Shown here: in pieces, positions 21,137 through 30,416 of the stretch | Layout: every line of letters begins with the position of its first letter | How positions within the stretch are numbered: the stretch's first letter is position 1 | Assembly (NCBI GenBank): GCA_963674745.2 | Contig: CAXXDV010000003.1 | Location: forward strand, 2,176,001 to 2,240,000 | DNA: 64,000 nucleotides | Direction: 5' to 3' | From: Desulfosudaceae bacterium | GTDB taxonomy: Bacteria; Desulfobacterota; Desulfobacteria; Desulfobacterales; Desulfosudaceae | Position numbers and translations under genes: made by a program | The notes under the pieces: model-generated | What the model was told of the DNA's origin: nothing | What the model saw: only the letters and a program-made list of their open reading frames with translations | The model's database searches: none

Positions 21137-22128
21137 GGTACCTCCAGGTAAACCGTATTTTCCAGCACGATCCGCATGACCAGCAACAACAGGGCCAGCG
21201 ATACCAGCCACGGATACAGGTCATTATAAACCGCATAAACATTCGATTTGGCTTCGGTTTTTTCCATGTCATCAATGGTGTCATAAATCCGTTTCAAGGC
21301 TTCTGTGCTTTTAGCGTTGAAATAAAGGCCGCCGGTCTTCTGGGCGATGTCTTTTAAGGCCGCTTCGTCCATATCGACTATGCCATATTCATAATGAGGG
21401 ATCGGGCGTTCGATCAGAAACGGTACCTTTTTCCCGGCCGTGCCGACGCCGATGGTGTAAATTTTAACCCCCTGCTCGGCGGCAAAGGCGGTGGCGTCTG
21501 TCGGCGACAGCTCACCGGTGTTACTATCACCATCGGTCAGCAGAATAATCACATTGGATTTGCTTTCAATGTCCCGCAGGCGTTTTAATGAAATGCCGAT
21601 GGCATCACCGATGGCGGTACTCTGGCCGGCGGCACCGATCCGCAATCGGTCCAGAATGAATTCAACGGTGCTGTAATCCCGGGTCAAAGGCACCTGGGTA
21701 TAGGCGTTGGTGCCGAAAACAACCATGCCGATACGGTCGCCGTTTCTTCCGGCGATAAACTCGGACACCACGCTTTTCACCGCCTCCAGCCGGTTGACCA
21801 TTTCGCCTTTGAGCTTAAAGTCAATGGCGGCCATACTGCCGGAAAGGTCAACCGCCAGTATGATGTTGATGCCCTCGGTAATGGTTTCAACTTTCTTTTC
21901 CCCCCACTGGGGACGACAGAGCCCGACGACCATGGCAGTAAAGGCAAGTCCCGAAAGCATGGGGATAATCCAGCGGGTTTTCACCCGGAATGAAACCGGC
22001 ATACGGCTGATCGAAATCGTCTCGGAAACCGCCAGCGACGGCTGTCGGTCCCGGCGCTTTTTCCAGTAATAAGCCGCCGGCAGCAGAATCAGCAACAGCG
22101 CGAACCATGGATCGGCAAAGCGGAACAT
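21133..22128 (-). CDS. batA: BatA VWA-domain protein
   Basis: MFRFADPW N-terminus, DLSGSM MIDAS, DRIGMVVF, TAIGDA, LLTDG. Confidence 0.9.
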   Translation of the reverse strand: MFRFADPWFALLLILLPAAYYWKKRRDRQPSLAVSETISISRMPVSFRVKTRWIIPMLSGLAFTAMVVGLCRPQWGEKKVETITEGINIILAVDLSGSMAAIDFKLKGEMVNRLEAVKSVVSEFIAGRNGDRIGMVVFGTNAYTQVPLTRDYSTVEFILDRLRIGAAGQSTAIGDAIGISLKRLRDIESKSNVIILLTDGDSNTGELSPTDATAFAAEQGVKIYTIGVGTAGKKVPFLIERPIPHYEYGIVDMDEAALKDIAQKTGGLYFNAKSTEALKRIYDTIDDMEKTEAKSNVYAVYNDLYPWLVSLALLLLVMRIVLENTVYLEVP

Positions 22129-22865
22129 CAGTGTTCACCCCCGGTTTCCGCGGTTGCGTCCACCGCTTTGTAGTGGTTGACAATATTTTTAACCAACCCC
22201 AGATGCCCCATCATGTCGGCCGTATCAGGTAATACCCGGGCGAACTTGACCCGGTCACCGAAGGTCAGAAACTTTTTAATACCGGCCCGGTTTTCCCGAT
22301 CAAATTCCAGGCGCCCCAGACAGGGCAGAAGCTCTTCGGTGGTCATCTCCATCGCGTCTATGTCAAACCGCCGCTCCAGGTAACGACGGAAAATGGCCGA
22401 CAGGCGGAAATAAAAAACGGCCGGTTGATCGGGCGGGGTGGTTTCAAGCAATGCCAGGTCATCCAGGGCTTCGGCTTCCGGTGTCTTGAATACCGTGGCA
22501 GACACATGCGGCATATCTTTGTCCCGCATTTTTTTCCGGCGGCGGATGAGCCACCACAGCCCTGAGGCTGCGATCAATAACGCCACACCTCCTGCTATCC
22601 AGTAATATATGGCCGGATTGACACCGACCTGCACCGGATCACGAATATCATGAATATCCGTGGCCCCGGCAGAGGCCGGCTGAGCGGTCATAGCGGAACC
22701 CGGGGGCACGACCGTGGCCGGCTGACCGGTTATGCCGGAACCCTGGAGCACGGCGCCGGACGCCGGAGGGCCGGTTGTTGCCGCCGAAACGGCCATACAG
22801 AGACCGAAAACAACAGCCGCTGTCAAAAGAAGTTTTTTTATACCGGACAAAACCATTTTAAACAT
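22128..22865 (-). CDS. DUF4381-like membrane protein of the bat operon
   Basis: DIHDI, TM followed by RRRKK, RRYLERRF, EMTTEE, DRVKFA. Confidence 0.75.
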   Translation of the reverse strand: MFKMVLSGIKKLLLTAAVVFGLCMAVSAATTGPPASGAVLQGSGITGQPATVVPPGSAMTAQPASAGATDIHDIRDPVQVGVNPAIYYWIAGGVALLIAASGLWWLIRRRKKMRDKDMPHVSATVFKTPEAEALDDLALLETTPPDQPAVFYFRLSAIFRRYLERRFDIDAMEMTTEELLPCLGRLEFDRENRAGIKKFLTFGDRVKFARVLPDTADMMGHLGLVKNIVNHYKAVDATAETGGEH

Positions 22866-23762
22866 TTATCGAATCCGCCTTTCCCGCATGCGGAAATAAG
22901 CGGTCAGGGCATCGGCCACGTGGGTTTCCCGACCGGCGGCCGTATCCGCCGAAAGCGTCATGCAATCGATATCACTTTTTTTCAGCATATCAAAAACAGC
23001 CTGCCGTTTTTCCGTTTTGATCCCGGCCAGCGCCCGGCGGCCGGCAGCCGACGAAGCATCAAAGACCACCTTTTGGCCGGTTTCCAGATCCCGCATATGA
23101 ATAAGGCCGCCCGTCGGCGGCTCCAGGTCGCCCTTATCGGAGACGAACAGGCTGACCAGTTCATGCCGCCGCGAAACCGTACGCAACCCCCTGGCACTGT
23201 CATGGGCAAAAAAATCGGAAATCAGAAACGCCACTGTTTTCCTGGGGCAGACATTGCCCAGATAGGTCAGGGCCGCCTGGATATCGGTACCTTCATGTTC
23301 GGGACGATAGGTAAAGATTTCCCTGATCAGCCGCCATATATGAGCCGATCCTTTTTTGGGGGGAATGTATTTTTCCACCCGGTCACTGAACAGGATAGCC
23401 CCGACGCGGTCATTGTTCCTGATGGCGTTGAAAGCCAGAATGGCGGCGGCCTCAGCAGCCAGGTCCCGCTTGCGGACACCGGTGGTGCCGAAAGACATGG
23501 ATCCGCTGACATCGATCAGCAGCATCACCACCAGTTCTCTTTCTTCCCGGTAAAGCTTGATAAAGGGCCGGCCCATGCGGGCCGAGACATTCCAGTCGAT
23601 GCTCTTGACATCATCACCGATGGCGTATTCCCGGACTTCTTCAAACTCGATCCCGGAACCGCGGAACACCGAGCGGTAGTTGCCGGCCATGACGGCATCG
23701 ACCATCCGGCCGCTCTTGATGTGGATCCGTTTTATTTTTTTTATGACTTCAGGCGAAAACAT
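22866..23762 (-). CDS. DUF58 domain protein
   Basis: GSGIEFEEVREY.GDD..IDWNVSAR, DVSGSM, ISDF. Confidence 0.93.
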   Translation of the reverse strand: MFSPEVIKKIKRIHIKSGRMVDAVMAGNYRSVFRGSGIEFEEVREYAIGDDVKSIDWNVSARMGRPFIKLYREERELVVMLLIDVSGSMSFGTTGVRKRDLAAEAAAILAFNAIRNNDRVGAILFSDRVEKYIPPKKGSAHIWRLIREIFTYRPEHEGTDIQAALTYLGNVCPRKTVAFLISDFFAHDSARGLRTVSRRHELVSLFVSDKGDLEPPTGGLIHMRDLETGQKVVFDASSAAGRRALAGIKTEKRQAVFDMLKKSDIDCMTLSADTAAGRETHVADALTAYFRMRERRIR

Positions 23763-23789
23763 TGGTCAGATACCCGGTCAGCAGGATTG

Positions 23790-24770
23790 TCAGGGAACTT
23801 CCACGCCGTCAAAAATATGACCGATAATATCGTCGGTGGTCAAATCCTCGGCTTCGGCTTCGTAGGTCAGGATGATCCGATGCCGCAGAATTTCAGGAGC
23901 GATGGATTTTATGTCCTGGGGCGTGACATAGGCCCTGCCATGAAGAAAGGCGTAGGCCCTGGCGGCCAGGCTCAGGTAAATGGTGGCCCGGGGAGAGGCG
24001 CCATAGCGGATATACGGGGCCACATCGATCTTATAATCAGCCGGGTTGCGGGTGGCGAAGATCAAATCCACGATATAATCCCGCAATTTCTCCTCCATAT
24101 AGATATCCTTGACCAGTTGGACAAGGCTGTTCAGCTCTTCAGGACGGAGAATGCGGTTGACCGCGGCTTCCTGTTCGAACCCCACCCGGCGCATGATCTC
24201 CTTTTCTTCATCCCGGCTGGAATAATTAACCGTTACCTTGAGCATGAACCGGTCCACCTGGGCCTCCGGAAGCGGATAGGTACCTTCCTGTTCAATGGGG
24301 TTCTGGGTGGCCAATACCAGAAACGGATCATCCAGCTTAAAGGTATTATCCCCGATGGTAACCTGCCGTTCCTGCATGGCCTCGAGCAGGGCGGACTGCA
24401 CTTTGGACGGTGCCCGGTTGATCTCGTCGGCCAGAATGATATTGTTGAATACAGGCCCTTTTTTAATGGTAAAGTCGCCGGTCTTGGGGAGATAAACCTC
24501 GGTACCGATCAAATCCGCCGGAAGCAGGTCCGGCGTGAACTGAATCCGTTTAAAAGAGGCATCCACCGTTCCGGCCAGGGCCTTGACGGCACTGGTTTTG
24601 GCCAGTCCCGGCACCCCTTCTATCAGAATATGCCCCTTGGTGAACAGCCCGATCAATAACCCGTCGATCATATCGTTCTGGCCCACAATCACCCGGGCGA
24701 TTTCCTGACGGATACTGCTGACAAGGGAATGGGCCTCTTCAACCCGGCTTTTCAATTCTTCGACAGTCAC
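23790..24770 (-). CDS. moxR: MoxR family AAA+ ATPase
   Basis: GVPGLAKT, RIQFTPDLLPAD, DEINRAP, ATQNPIEQEGTYPLPEAQ. Confidence 0.96.
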   Translation of the reverse strand: MTVEELKSRVEEAHSLVSSIRQEIARVIVGQNDMIDGLLIGLFTKGHILIEGVPGLAKTSAVKALAGTVDASFKRIQFTPDLLPADLIGTEVYLPKTGDFTIKKGPVFNNIILADEINRAPSKVQSALLEAMQERQVTIGDNTFKLDDPFLVLATQNPIEQEGTYPLPEAQVDRFMLKVTVNYSSRDEEKEIMRRVGFEQEAAVNRILRPEELNSLVQLVKDIYMEEKLRDYIVDLIFATRNPADYKIDVAPYIRYGASPRATIYLSLAARAYAFLHGRAYVTPQDIKSIAPEILRHRIILTYEAEAEDLTTDDIIGHIFDGVEVP

Positions 24771-24861
24771 GGCTCCTCCTTCTATTCAGTCATTCTTTAT
24801 CAAATCAACCCCTTAGAAACAACCCGGTTCAAACAATAAGACCGGTGCCGGGGCTTGTCAA

Positions 24862-24897
24862 GTCATGGGATTCCTGTTGCGACAGGAACCCCATGAC
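24862..24897. terminator. Stem-loop between yfdX-like gene and moxR
   Basis: GTCATGGG-ATTCCTGT-TGCG-ACAGGAAC-CCCATGAC near-perfect palindrome. Confidence 0.45.
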
Positions 24898-24905
24898 ACA
24901 GAAAT

Positions 24906-25913
24906 TCAGCCGTTAACCGGTTTGTCGATAACGTGTGCCTGCCCGGATTCCTTTTTGAAAAGGTTCACCGTACGTTCCCAATAATCACGGATCTTTTGGG
25001 CCGTGTCTTTTTCGCCGGTTTTACTCATCAGGCCATTTATATCATCCTCAAGTTGCTTAATCCTGCTGTCGTTTTCCCGGCCGAGAAGCTCACGATAAAG
25101 TTCCAGCTGGGCCCTGGCAATTTTCAAATTTTCCCGGGCAGCCGTTTCATTACCTTCGGCAGCCATCCGTTCAGCTAAACGCAAGGCCTGCTGAACCTGC
25201 ACCAGGGGCGCGTCGGTCGGATTGGCCACAAACTCAACCCCTCTGGACTGGGCCAGGAGCAACTGGTTCAGGGCGGCTTCGGGGTTTTCAATCAGCGCGG
25301 CGGCCCGGTTCATTTTCCGTTCAATATAGTTCAAATCCGCCAGGACAGCCGTATTGATAACTTCCGTTCTGTCCATACGCAGTCCTTTTAAATCAGCCTC
25401 GTCCTTTTTGGCTTTTATGATCGGCTCGACAACTTCCATTGCGATCATCCCCTGATACAAGGGAATGCGATCGTCCTGGACCTTGTCCATCTCGCGATAA
25501 ATTTCTTTTCCCTTGGCATCCTTAACAATGGTCGTCACTGTCGTTACGGGCAGCAGGTCCCTGACCAGTTTAACCAGTTTTTGAGCATTTTCCAGTTCAT
25601 TTACGGCCCCCCGGGTATTTTGATCAAACAGTTTTTGCACGGCCGCGTTGATATGTTTCACGACATGCGATGTCAGCAGAGAAGCCTGGTTTAAATCCGC
25701 TTCCGACAGTTGGCCTTCGGTTCGTCGTTCGACCACCGTCTGATAGGTGCTTCCGCTACCGGTCGTAATTGTTGATTTCGCTTTTTGGGGCCTGTCGGCA
25801 ATCCTGGTTGCCGCAGCAAAGGCTTTGCCGCCCCCTGCGATGGACAGCACCAGGGCCAGTACAAGAGCGGTTCGCGCCCATTTTTCCCTGTAAAAAAAAG
25901 TAACCGTTTTCAT
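24906..25913 (-). CDS. yfdX: YfdX family secreted protein
   Basis: Signal peptide (AFA), helical repeats with QASL...HINAA...A..L pattern, D.IP beta-insert; AGGAGG RBS. Confidence 0.6.
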   Translation of the reverse strand: MKTVTFFYREKWARTALVLALVLSIAGGGKAFAAATRIADRPQKAKSTITTGSGSTYQTVVERRTEGQLSEADLNQASLLTSHVVKHINAAVQKLFDQNTRGAVNELENAQKLVKLVRDLLPVTTVTTIVKDAKGKEIYREMDKVQDDRIPLYQGMIAMEVVEPIIKAKKDEADLKGLRMDRTEVINTAVLADLNYIERKMNRAAALIENPEAALNQLLLAQSRGVEFVANPTDAPLVQVQQALRLAERMAAEGNETAARENLKIARAQLELYRELLGRENDSRIKQLEDDINGLMSKTGEKDTAQKIRDYWERTVNLFKKESGQAHVIDKPVNG

Positions 25914-25956
25914 GGCTTATTCCTCCTTTTAATCTGCCGATTTAAAATCGCAATTG

Positions 25957-26376
25957 TTATTGAAGGATCGATTTTACCGTCCCCAACAGATCATCAAGAT
26001 CAAACGGTTTATCAAACATGGCGGCGGCGCCTAATGCCGCCGCCATGTCGTGGGTTTCATCGTCCCCGAAGGCGGTAATCAATATCATTGGGGGAAAGGT
26101 TTTCTGTCTGGGTTTGCCTTCCAGTACCTCCATTCCGGAAATACCAGGCATACGGATATCGGAAATGATCAGATCAAACTGCTCGGGGCCGAGTTCTTCA
26201 GGTAACAAAAAATCGGCCAGATGGGTCAGCATGGCCATACCATCCGGACATGCCACAACGTCGTATCCGCAATTACGCAACGCCTGGGCCAGCAAACGCC
26301 TCATCTCTTTATCATCTTCAGCCAATAGGACACGAAATTGGGTGTTGTCATCCCGGTTAACCCTTTGTGCATTCAT
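25957..26376 (-). CDS. Single-domain response regulator (receiver only)
   Basis: VLLAEDD, DLIISDIRMPGISG, ITAF, DKPF; GGAGG RBS. Confidence 0.9.
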   Translation of the reverse strand: MNAQRVNRDDNTQFRVLLAEDDKEMRRLLAQALRNCGYDVVACPDGMAMLTHLADFLLPEELGPEQFDLIISDIRMPGISGMEVLEGKPRQKTFPPMILITAFGDDETHDMAAALGAAAMFDKPFDLDDLLGTVKSILQ

Positions 26377-26429
26377 CGCCACACCTCCATTTTGTATTAA
26401 TTGCCCCGGTCATTTATGCCATGGCAATT

Positions 26430-26446
26430 ATCAAATTTCGTGCCAA
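26430..26446 (-). promoter_or_regulatory. Sigma-54 (-24/-12) promoter
   Basis: TTGGCACGAAATTTGAT versus consensus TGGCAC-N5-TTGC (one mismatch at -12). Confidence 0.7.
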
Positions 26447-26463
26447 CATAAATTATACTTTAA

Positions 26464-26476
26464 AATCAATATGTTG
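26464..26476 (+). promoter_or_regulatory. IHF binding site
   Basis: AATCAATATGTTG is an exact match to WATCAANNNNTTR; located between the sigma-54 site and the upstream palindromes. Confidence 0.65.
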
Positions 26477-26508
26477 ATCCTTTTAAAGGAAACAAGGGTG
26501 GCTCATTG

Positions 26509-26558
26509 TGGGTAAAAAATACCCGATCAAGAAGGCTGGGGTGGAAAAAAATACCCAC
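26509..26558. promoter_or_regulatory. Tandem palindromic upstream activator sequences
   Basis: TGGGTAAAAAATACCCGA (26509) and GTGGAAAAAAATACCCAC (26541), 32 bp apart. Confidence 0.6.
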
Positions 26559-26614
26559 CATTAAAGGGGCAAAAGACAGCTCGAATACACTTTTTAAAAT
26601 TTTAACCCGAGTGG

Positions 26615-28078
26615 CTACGATGGGCTGTCGAGCGGGAGAAAAACAGTGAAACAGGCGCCCTTCCCGGATCGGTTTTCCGCCTCAATCCATCCCCCATGCT
26701 CCTGGATGATGCCATATGCAATGGAAAGTCCCAGGCCGGTTCCCTCGCCCACATCCTTGGTCGTGAAAAAAGGTTCAAACAGGTGAGAAAGATGTTCCAA
26801 CGATATACCGGGGCCTTCATCTTGAACATGGATTGCCAGATATGACTTTTCATCCATATCCGCTTCCGGATGCTGCTTTTTCTCTTCGGCCAGCACCACC
26901 TCCAGGCAGCCGCCGGCAGCCATGGCCTGAATCCCGTTTAAAACCAGGTTGGTCAGCACCTGCTGAATCTGTAGCACGTCAACTGAAACAGATGATATTT
27001 GGCCCTGCCTGATGATTTTAAAGACGACTTTTGACTTATCCGCAGCCTCCCTCAACATATCCAGCACCTGATTTACAATGACTTCCATATCCTGAAGAGA
27101 CCGTTTCGGTTTTCTGCGCCGGGCAAAGGCCAGCAGATTGTTCACAATTTTTGTGATACGCTGCGCCTGCTCATCAATAATATTAGAAAATTCAATAACT
27201 TCAACAGACCCAAGCGCACCGGAGCGAATCTGTTTGGCCCGTCCGGAAATGACATTCAAGGGTGTTCCCAGTTCATGGGCCATACCGGCGGACAGCCGGC
27301 CAAGCACTGCCAGCCGTTCAGAATGGCGCAACTGCTCCATGGCCTCGATACGCCGTTCATTTTCCAGGCGTACCGCCTCCCGGCTGGCAGACAGATCCCT
27401 GCACATGGAATTCAGTGTCTGCCCGAGCGTGGCGAACTCATCGTGCCCCTTGACCACCAGGTCCGGAGCCAGGTCCCCCTGCCCTATTTTCCGTGATTTC
27501 TCAATAAACTGCATCAACGGACGATTTATCCAGTGACGGAAATGGAACCATAGAAGTCCGCCGGCCGCCAGCATGATCATTAGCCCTGTTATCAAATGAT
27601 ACCGCAGGGTATTTCTGGTGTAAGCCGTCAGGGGCATTAATGACTCACAAAGCTCTATGGCACCCTGAAAATCATCACCTGTTTTAACCGGTACATAGGT
27701 AAGGCGGCAGGGTGATTGTTCCCCGCTTTTAACAACCAGGGATATGGAACGGCCCTGTAAAACCGGCTTGAGTCTTTCCGGAGGGGCTATGGGCACATGG
27801 GATCCGTTCACCGAAGGCGTCAGGTTTACCCAGCGAATACTGATACTTTCCGCCTTTGAATTGGCGTCACGAATGAGTGCGACGGCTTTCTCCGGGCCCG
27901 AGTGTTTCCAGGCATGCCCGACCATGCCGGACATGGCCTCTCCAAGAATCTGTGCGTCCTTTATCATATCATTATGAAAAAGTTTGGTTTCACGATGGTA
28001 ACTGAAATAGCCGGCGCCAGCCAGGATGAACACGAGCAGGACAATTAAAAAAGCGTATATTTTATAAAAAAGTTTCAT
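26615..28078 (-). CDS. Membrane sensor histidine kinase (HAMP-HisKA-HATPase)
   Basis: Two TMs, DEFATL HAMP, AHELGTPL H-box, NLVLNG, DEGPG, EPFFTTK, GTGLGL. Confidence 0.95.
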   Translation of the reverse strand: MKLFYKIYAFLIVLLVFILAGAGYFSYHRETKLFHNDMIKDAQILGEAMSGMVGHAWKHSGPEKAVALIRDANSKAESISIRWVNLTPSVNGSHVPIAPPERLKPVLQGRSISLVVKSGEQSPCRLTYVPVKTGDDFQGAIELCESLMPLTAYTRNTLRYHLITGLMIMLAAGGLLWFHFRHWINRPLMQFIEKSRKIGQGDLAPDLVVKGHDEFATLGQTLNSMCRDLSASREAVRLENERRIEAMEQLRHSERLAVLGRLSAGMAHELGTPLNVISGRAKQIRSGALGSVEVIEFSNIIDEQAQRITKIVNNLLAFARRRKPKRSLQDMEVIVNQVLDMLREAADKSKVVFKIIRQGQISSVSVDVLQIQQVLTNLVLNGIQAMAAGGCLEVVLAEEKKQHPEADMDEKSYLAIHVQDEGPGISLEHLSHLFEPFFTTKDVGEGTGLGLSIAYGIIQEHGGWIEAENRSGKGACFTVFLPLDSPS

Positions 28079-28149
28079 GTGTTTCCCGTTCCAACCATAG
28101 GTTAACCCGAAACACACCCGGGGTGATCAGATCATCTCAGGGACTGTGC

Positions 28150-29157
28150 TCAATTGCCGGGCATATAAATCACCCACCAGAGGGTAATGATCCACAGCAG
28201 CACAAAAATCTGCAACGGCCTGTCCCTTAAAAGAACGGAAACAGGCGAGCAGTCATCGACCGGTTTGGGTTTGATCCGTAGATACCGGAAAAGGCCCGGG
28301 GCCACCCAGACAAAGGTCAGGTAAAGGTACGGTGCGTTGTGCTCCCGGATCACAGCCGGCCAAAGGGTATAGGCCAGATAACCCGCCAGGCAGGCCAGGG
28401 CCAGAAGATACACTGCCAGTCCGGAAAAGAGGTGTTTATCATGCGTGGCCACCCCGCCCATAATTTCACACCGGCGTTTTGAAACGGACAGGAATAGGGC
28501 CAGCAGGAAAGTCAACCCCGCCAGCCAGCATGAAACCGGAACATCGATTATCGCGGCACCGGCAAAAACGCGCAGGACAAATCCCATGGCCACGCTGACG
28601 GCATTAATACCCGGTATTTTTTGAAGCTTAAAAGAATAAAGCAGGTTTAGAACGATATAAAGCCCAACAACCAGGCAATATTCCAGTCGAAACACCAGCA
28701 GGCAGAACAGGCCGGTCATGGCCAGCAAAAGAAGACAAAATACCACTGCCTCGTGAATACTGACCGTGCCTTCCGCTATCGGCCGGGCACGCTTAACCGG
28801 ATGAGCCGCGTCTTTTTTTCTGTCCGCGATATCGTTTACCACATAGACAACGCTGGCCGCCATGCAGAATCCAACAAAACCCATGAAAACCATCGCCAGG
28901 GGCATCAAATCGGTCAGCCGATGGGCAAAAAACAGGGGCACAAAAACAAAACCGTTTTTGATGTAATGGCTTGGCCGGGCCAGTAAAATGAACCGTTTCG
29001 TTTTTGCCCGGAACGTCTGGCCGTGTTTTAATTGCTGGTTGATAAATTGCCCCCATTGCCTGTTGTTACAAGAAGCTATATAGTAGAGAGAATCTAACGC
29101 TTTTTCAAGCCTGATGGTTTTAAAACAAGTTTGACGCTTCGGGGAAAGGCTTGGCAT
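28150..29157 (-). CDS. UbiA-family prenyltransferase (decaprenyl-phosphate phosphoribosyltransferase-like); start uncertain
   Basis: RPSHYIKN, YVVNDIADRKKDAAHPVKRARPIA, LYSFKL, GFVLRVFAGA, KRR. Confidence 0.85.
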   Translation of the reverse strand: MPSLSPKRQTCFKTIRLEKALDSLYYIASCNNRQWGQFINQQLKHGQTFRAKTKRFILLARPSHYIKNGFVFVPLFFAHRLTDLMPLAMVFMGFVGFCMAASVVYVVNDIADRKKDAAHPVKRARPIAEGTVSIHEAVVFCLLLLAMTGLFCLLVFRLEYCLVVGLYIVLNLLYSFKLQKIPGINAVSVAMGFVLRVFAGAAIIDVPVSCWLAGLTFLLALFLSVSKRRCEIMGGVATHDKHLFSGLAVYLLALACLAGYLAYTLWPAVIREHNAPYLYLTFVWVAPGLFRYLRIKPKPVDDCSPVSVLLRDRPLQIFVLLWIITLWWVIYMPGN

Positions 29158-30244
29158 GCAGCAAAACATCGTAAACGCGTTGCGCGGATACCGCCAGACG
29201 GCAGAAACCATCCGCCGGCTTCTGTTGTACAGGCAGATGGCATTTCACAAGCTGACCGGCATCCCCGTCAACCTGGCGGCCTATCTCCTCAACCGGCCGC
29301 CGCCCTGCCCGCCGCCGGTGCTCCAGTTGGACATCACCGACATGTGCAACCTCAAATGTCCGGGATGCCTGACGGGTATGGGGTATAACCGGGGAAGGCA
29401 GGGCATGATGTCTTTTGAGGTCTTTCAGACCTTGATAGACGAAGCCGCCCGCTCCACGGCGCTGGTGGTGCTTTACAACTCCGGTGAACCGCTGCTTCAT
29501 CCGGATGCGCCGAAAATGATCCGCTACCTTTCTCAAAACCGTATTGCATCCATCATCAGCACCAACGGTCATTTCATCAATTCCCGCCGGCAGGCGGAAG
29601 CACTTGTAGAAGCCGGCCTGTCGGTCATGGTGGTGTCACTTTCCGGCGCCACCCAGGCGACATATGAACGATATCATCGGGGAGGACGACTCGGCCAGGT
29701 CCTTGAAGGCGTCCGGTTAATAAGAGACGCCAGGGCTCGCCTGCAGAGAAGAACCCCGATCATCATTTTCCGGTTTCTGATCATGGATCATAACATAAAC
29801 GAAACAGCGGCCATGAAATCGCTGGCCAAAAACGCCGGCTGCGACTGGTTTGAATTCAGAAAAGTAAACTGGCAGGCGCGCCTGGTCGAGAGACCGTCAG
29901 ACATTTCGGGCCATGGCATGGGGCCGCCGAACCGGGAACGACCCGGGCGCTGCCTGTGGCCCTGGTTGATCTCCGTTGTCAACTGGAACGGGGATGTCTA
30001 CCCCTGCTGTTTCTACCGGCTGAACCTGCCGGACATGGGCAACACCATTACCGGTAAAGGGATAAAATCGATCTGGAAAAACAAAGCCTACAACCTGTTC
30101 CGGAGAAAAATGAGAACCGGCCGCAACCGGCCGGCGGCCTGTCTTGAATGCCCGGCGGAAACAGGGTTTCAAACCCGGTTCAGCCGCCAGGACAGGACCG
30201 TATATGTTTATCCCAGGAGCACCGGAACCACCCCTGACAGGTAA
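29156..30244 (+). CDS. Radical SAM protein with SPASM/twitch domain
   Basis: CNLKCPGC, GEPLLH, STNG; C-terminal CLWPW...GDVYPCC...CLEC. Confidence 0.92.
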   Translation: MQQNIVNALRGYRQTAETIRRLLLYRQMAFHKLTGIPVNLAAYLLNRPPPCPPPVLQLDITDMCNLKCPGCLTGMGYNRGRQGMMSFEVFQTLIDEAARSTALVVLYNSGEPLLHPDAPKMIRYLSQNRIASIISTNGHFINSRRQAEALVEAGLSVMVVSLSGATQATYERYHRGGRLGQVLEGVRLIRDARARLQRRTPIIIFRFLIMDHNINETAAMKSLAKNAGCDWFEFRKVNWQARLVERPSDISGHGMGPPNRERPGRCLWPWLISVVNWNGDVYPCCFYRLNLPDMGNTITGKGIKSIWKNKAYNLFRRKMRTGRNRPAACLECPAETGFQTRFSRQDRTVYVYPRSTGTTPDR

Positions 30245-30276
30245 TAATGGTTATACGACATTACTATCTATAAAAG

Positions 30277-30320
30277 GTGGTTAAGTGGTTATGTGGTTAT
30301 GTGATTATGTGGTTATGTGA
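30277..30320. repeat. Octamer microsatellite
   Basis: gtggttaa gtggttat gtggttat gtgattat gtggttat. Confidence 0.8.
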
Positions 30321-30338
30321 ATATGGTCGGGTGATAAT

Positions 30339-30361
30339 GTTGCGGAAGGCTTTAGCCTTCC
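30339..30361. repeat. Degenerate REP-like palindrome
   Basis: GTTGCGGAAGGCTTTAGCCTTCC (GTAG-like foot plus hairpin). Confidence 0.45.
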
Positions 30362-30416
30362 AGAGCTAAGGGCAGGTTCAGGTACCAGATGTTTGGGCAG
30401 TAGTGCAGCAACAACG

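Noticed and set aside
22650..24659. 669-aa plus-strand ORF
   Set aside because: Antisense shadow of the well-supported moxR and DUF58 genes; no recognisable motifs.
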